Shown here piece after piece: positions 17,030 through 18,265 of a DNA stretch of 18,265 nt. The notes beneath the pieces were generated by a model that ran no database searches, had not been told where the DNA came from, and worked only from the letters and a program-made list of their open reading frames with translations. Source of the stretch: a virus (taxonomy: Duplodnaviria; Heunggongvirae; Uroviricota; Caudoviricetes); the IMG/VR virus record IMGVR_UViG_2630968639_000010; one strand, 5' to 3'. Every line of letters starts with the position of its first letter. Position 1 is the stretch's first letter. The position numbers were made by a program, and so were the translations under genes.

Positions 17030-18265
17030 ATGTCTAAATTACCAACAGGTGTCGAGATTCGAGGTAAATACATTCGCATCTGGTTCATGTTTCGAGGAAA
17101 ACGATGTCGGGAAACATTGAAAGGCTGGGAGGTTACTAACAGTAACATTAAAAAGGCCGGGAATTTAAGAGCGTTGATAGTTCATGAAATCAACTCCGGT
17201 GAATTTGAGTATTTAAGACGTTTCCCCCAGTCCAGCACTGGGGCAAAAATGGTGACAACGAGGGTCATAAAAACGTTCGGGGAGCTTTGTGATATCTGGA
17301 CAAAAATTAAAGAGACAGAGTTAACAACAAACACAATGAAGAAAACGAAATCACAATTAAAAACACTCAGGATAATAATTTGTGAGAGTACCCCAATATC
17401 ACATATTCGTTATAGCGATATCTTAAACTACCGGAATGAACTGCTGCATGGAGAAACATTTTACCTGGATAATCCAAGATCCAACAAAAAAGGAAGAACC
17501 GTGCGCACAGTTGATAACTATATCGCCCTGCTCTGTTCGTTGTTACGTTTTGCGTATCAGTCGGGATTTATATCAACCAAACCATTTGAAGGAGTAAAAA
17601 AATTACAGCGAAACAGAATAAAGCCTGATCCGTTATCTAAAACAGAATTCAATGCATTAATGGAAAGTGAAAAAGGACAGAGCCAGAACTTGTGGAAATT
17701 TGCCGTTTACTCCGGGCTTCGTCACGGGGAACTGGCTGCTCTGGCGTGGGAGGATGTGGATTTCGAGAAGGGAATTGTGAATGTCAGAAGAAACCTGACG
17801 ATACTTGATATGTTCGGTCCCCCAAAAACAAATGCGGGGATCCGGACGGTAACACTACTACAGCCAGCTCTTGAAGCACTGAAGGAGCAATACAAACTGA
17901 CCGGGCATCATCGCAAAAGCGAAATCACTTTTTATCATCGGGAGTACGGCAGAACCGAAAAGCAAAAACTGCATTTTGTTTTCATGCCCAGGATGTGTAA
18001 CGGAAAACAGAAACCTTATTACTCGGTAAGCAGTTTGGGTGCGAGATGGAATGCAGCAGTAAAACGCGCTGGTATTCGCCGCCGTAATCCGTACCATACG
18101 CGACATACTTTTGCCTGCTGGCTGTTGACGGCAGGAGCGAACCCGGCATTTATAGCCAGCCAGATGGGGCATGAAACTGCGCAGATGGTGTATGAAATTT
18201 ACGGTATGTGGATTGATGACATGAACGACGAACAGGTAGCTATGTTGAATGCGCGGTTACCGTAG
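17030..18265 (+). CDS. int: Tyrosine integrase (phage integrase family)
   Basis: 411 aa; C-terminal catalytic signature HTRHTFACWLL ... MVYEIYGMW, with earlier GLRHGELAAL. The stop is at the last base of the window. Confidence 0.9.
   Translation: MSKLPTGVEIRGKYIRIWFMFRGKRCRETLKGWEVTNSNIKKAGNLRALIVHEINSGEFEYLRRFPQSSTGAKMVTTRVIKTFGELCDIWTKIKETELTTNTMKKTKSQLKTLRIIICESTPISHIRYSDILNYRNELLHGETFYLDNPRSNKKGRTVRTVDNYIALLCSLLRFAYQSGFISTKPFEGVKKLQRNRIKPDPLSKTEFNALMESEKGQSQNLWKFAVYSGLRHGELAALAWEDVDFEKGIVNVRRNLTILDMFGPPKTNAGIRTVTLLQPALEALKEQYKLTGHHRKSEITFYHREYGRTEKQKLHFVFMPRMCNGKQKPYYSVSSLGARWNAAVKRAGIRRRNPYHTRHTFACWLLTAGANPAFIASQMGHETAQMVYEIYGMWIDDMNDEQVAMLNARLP

Larger units (their letters stand above)
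1..18265. mobile_element. Segment of a Rac-like lambdoid prophage (hok locus, accessory operon, Q, replication, immunity, early-left recombination and int/xis modules); both prophage ends lie outside the window
   Basis: Gene content and order match lambdoid/Rac organisation: Q-like antiterminator, DnaC-like and O-like replication genes, divergent HTH repressor pair, sieB, kilR, racC, recE, SSAP, lar, xis, int. Names are from remembered protein similarity, not a search. Confidence 0.85.

Noticed and set aside
17858-18172. 104-aa minus-strand ORF
   Set aside because: Antisense to the catalytic domain of the integrase.
1-18265. CRISPR arrays, tRNA or rRNA genes, IS elements or transposase genes, attachment-site repeats
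   Set aside because: No regularly spaced direct repeats, no cloverleaf or rRNA-like sequence, and no transposase-like ORF or terminal inverted repeats seen; att sites would lie beyond the integrase stop at the window edge.

Overview
The window reads as one almost gap-free stretch of a Rac-like lambdoid prophage of the E. coli type, oriented with the integrase at the right edge. Left to right: a hok/mok type I toxin locus (1-212, minus) cut by the window edge; an AT-rich three-gene operon of proteins I cannot assign to any family (494-2650, plus); a Q-like antiterminator converging on it (minus); a nin-like gene, a winged-helix protein, a DnaC-like loader and an O-like initiator (minus); the YdaT/YdaS/RacR immunity switch; a strong terminator and a near-consensus promoter feeding two small ORFs in the rex-like position; sieB (minus); a Phd/ParE toxin-antitoxin pair and a Rha-family gene; then kilR-ydaE-racC-recE-recT-lar-ydaC-xis-int (plus). 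Gene names rest on recalled similarity to E. coli K-12 Rac and lambdoid proteins, not on a database search. The best candidate for an undescribed system is the three-gene operon at 494-2650: translationally coupled, in a prophage accessory position, with a PD-(D/E)xK-like nuclease motif in the third protein and a strongly acidic middle protein. Secondary points are a roughly 145-residue repeat-containing insertion in the RecE nuclease domain, a stem-loop cluster upstream of Q, and a sense/antisense ambiguity at 8008-8286. No CRISPR array, tRNA, rRNA or IS element was seen.
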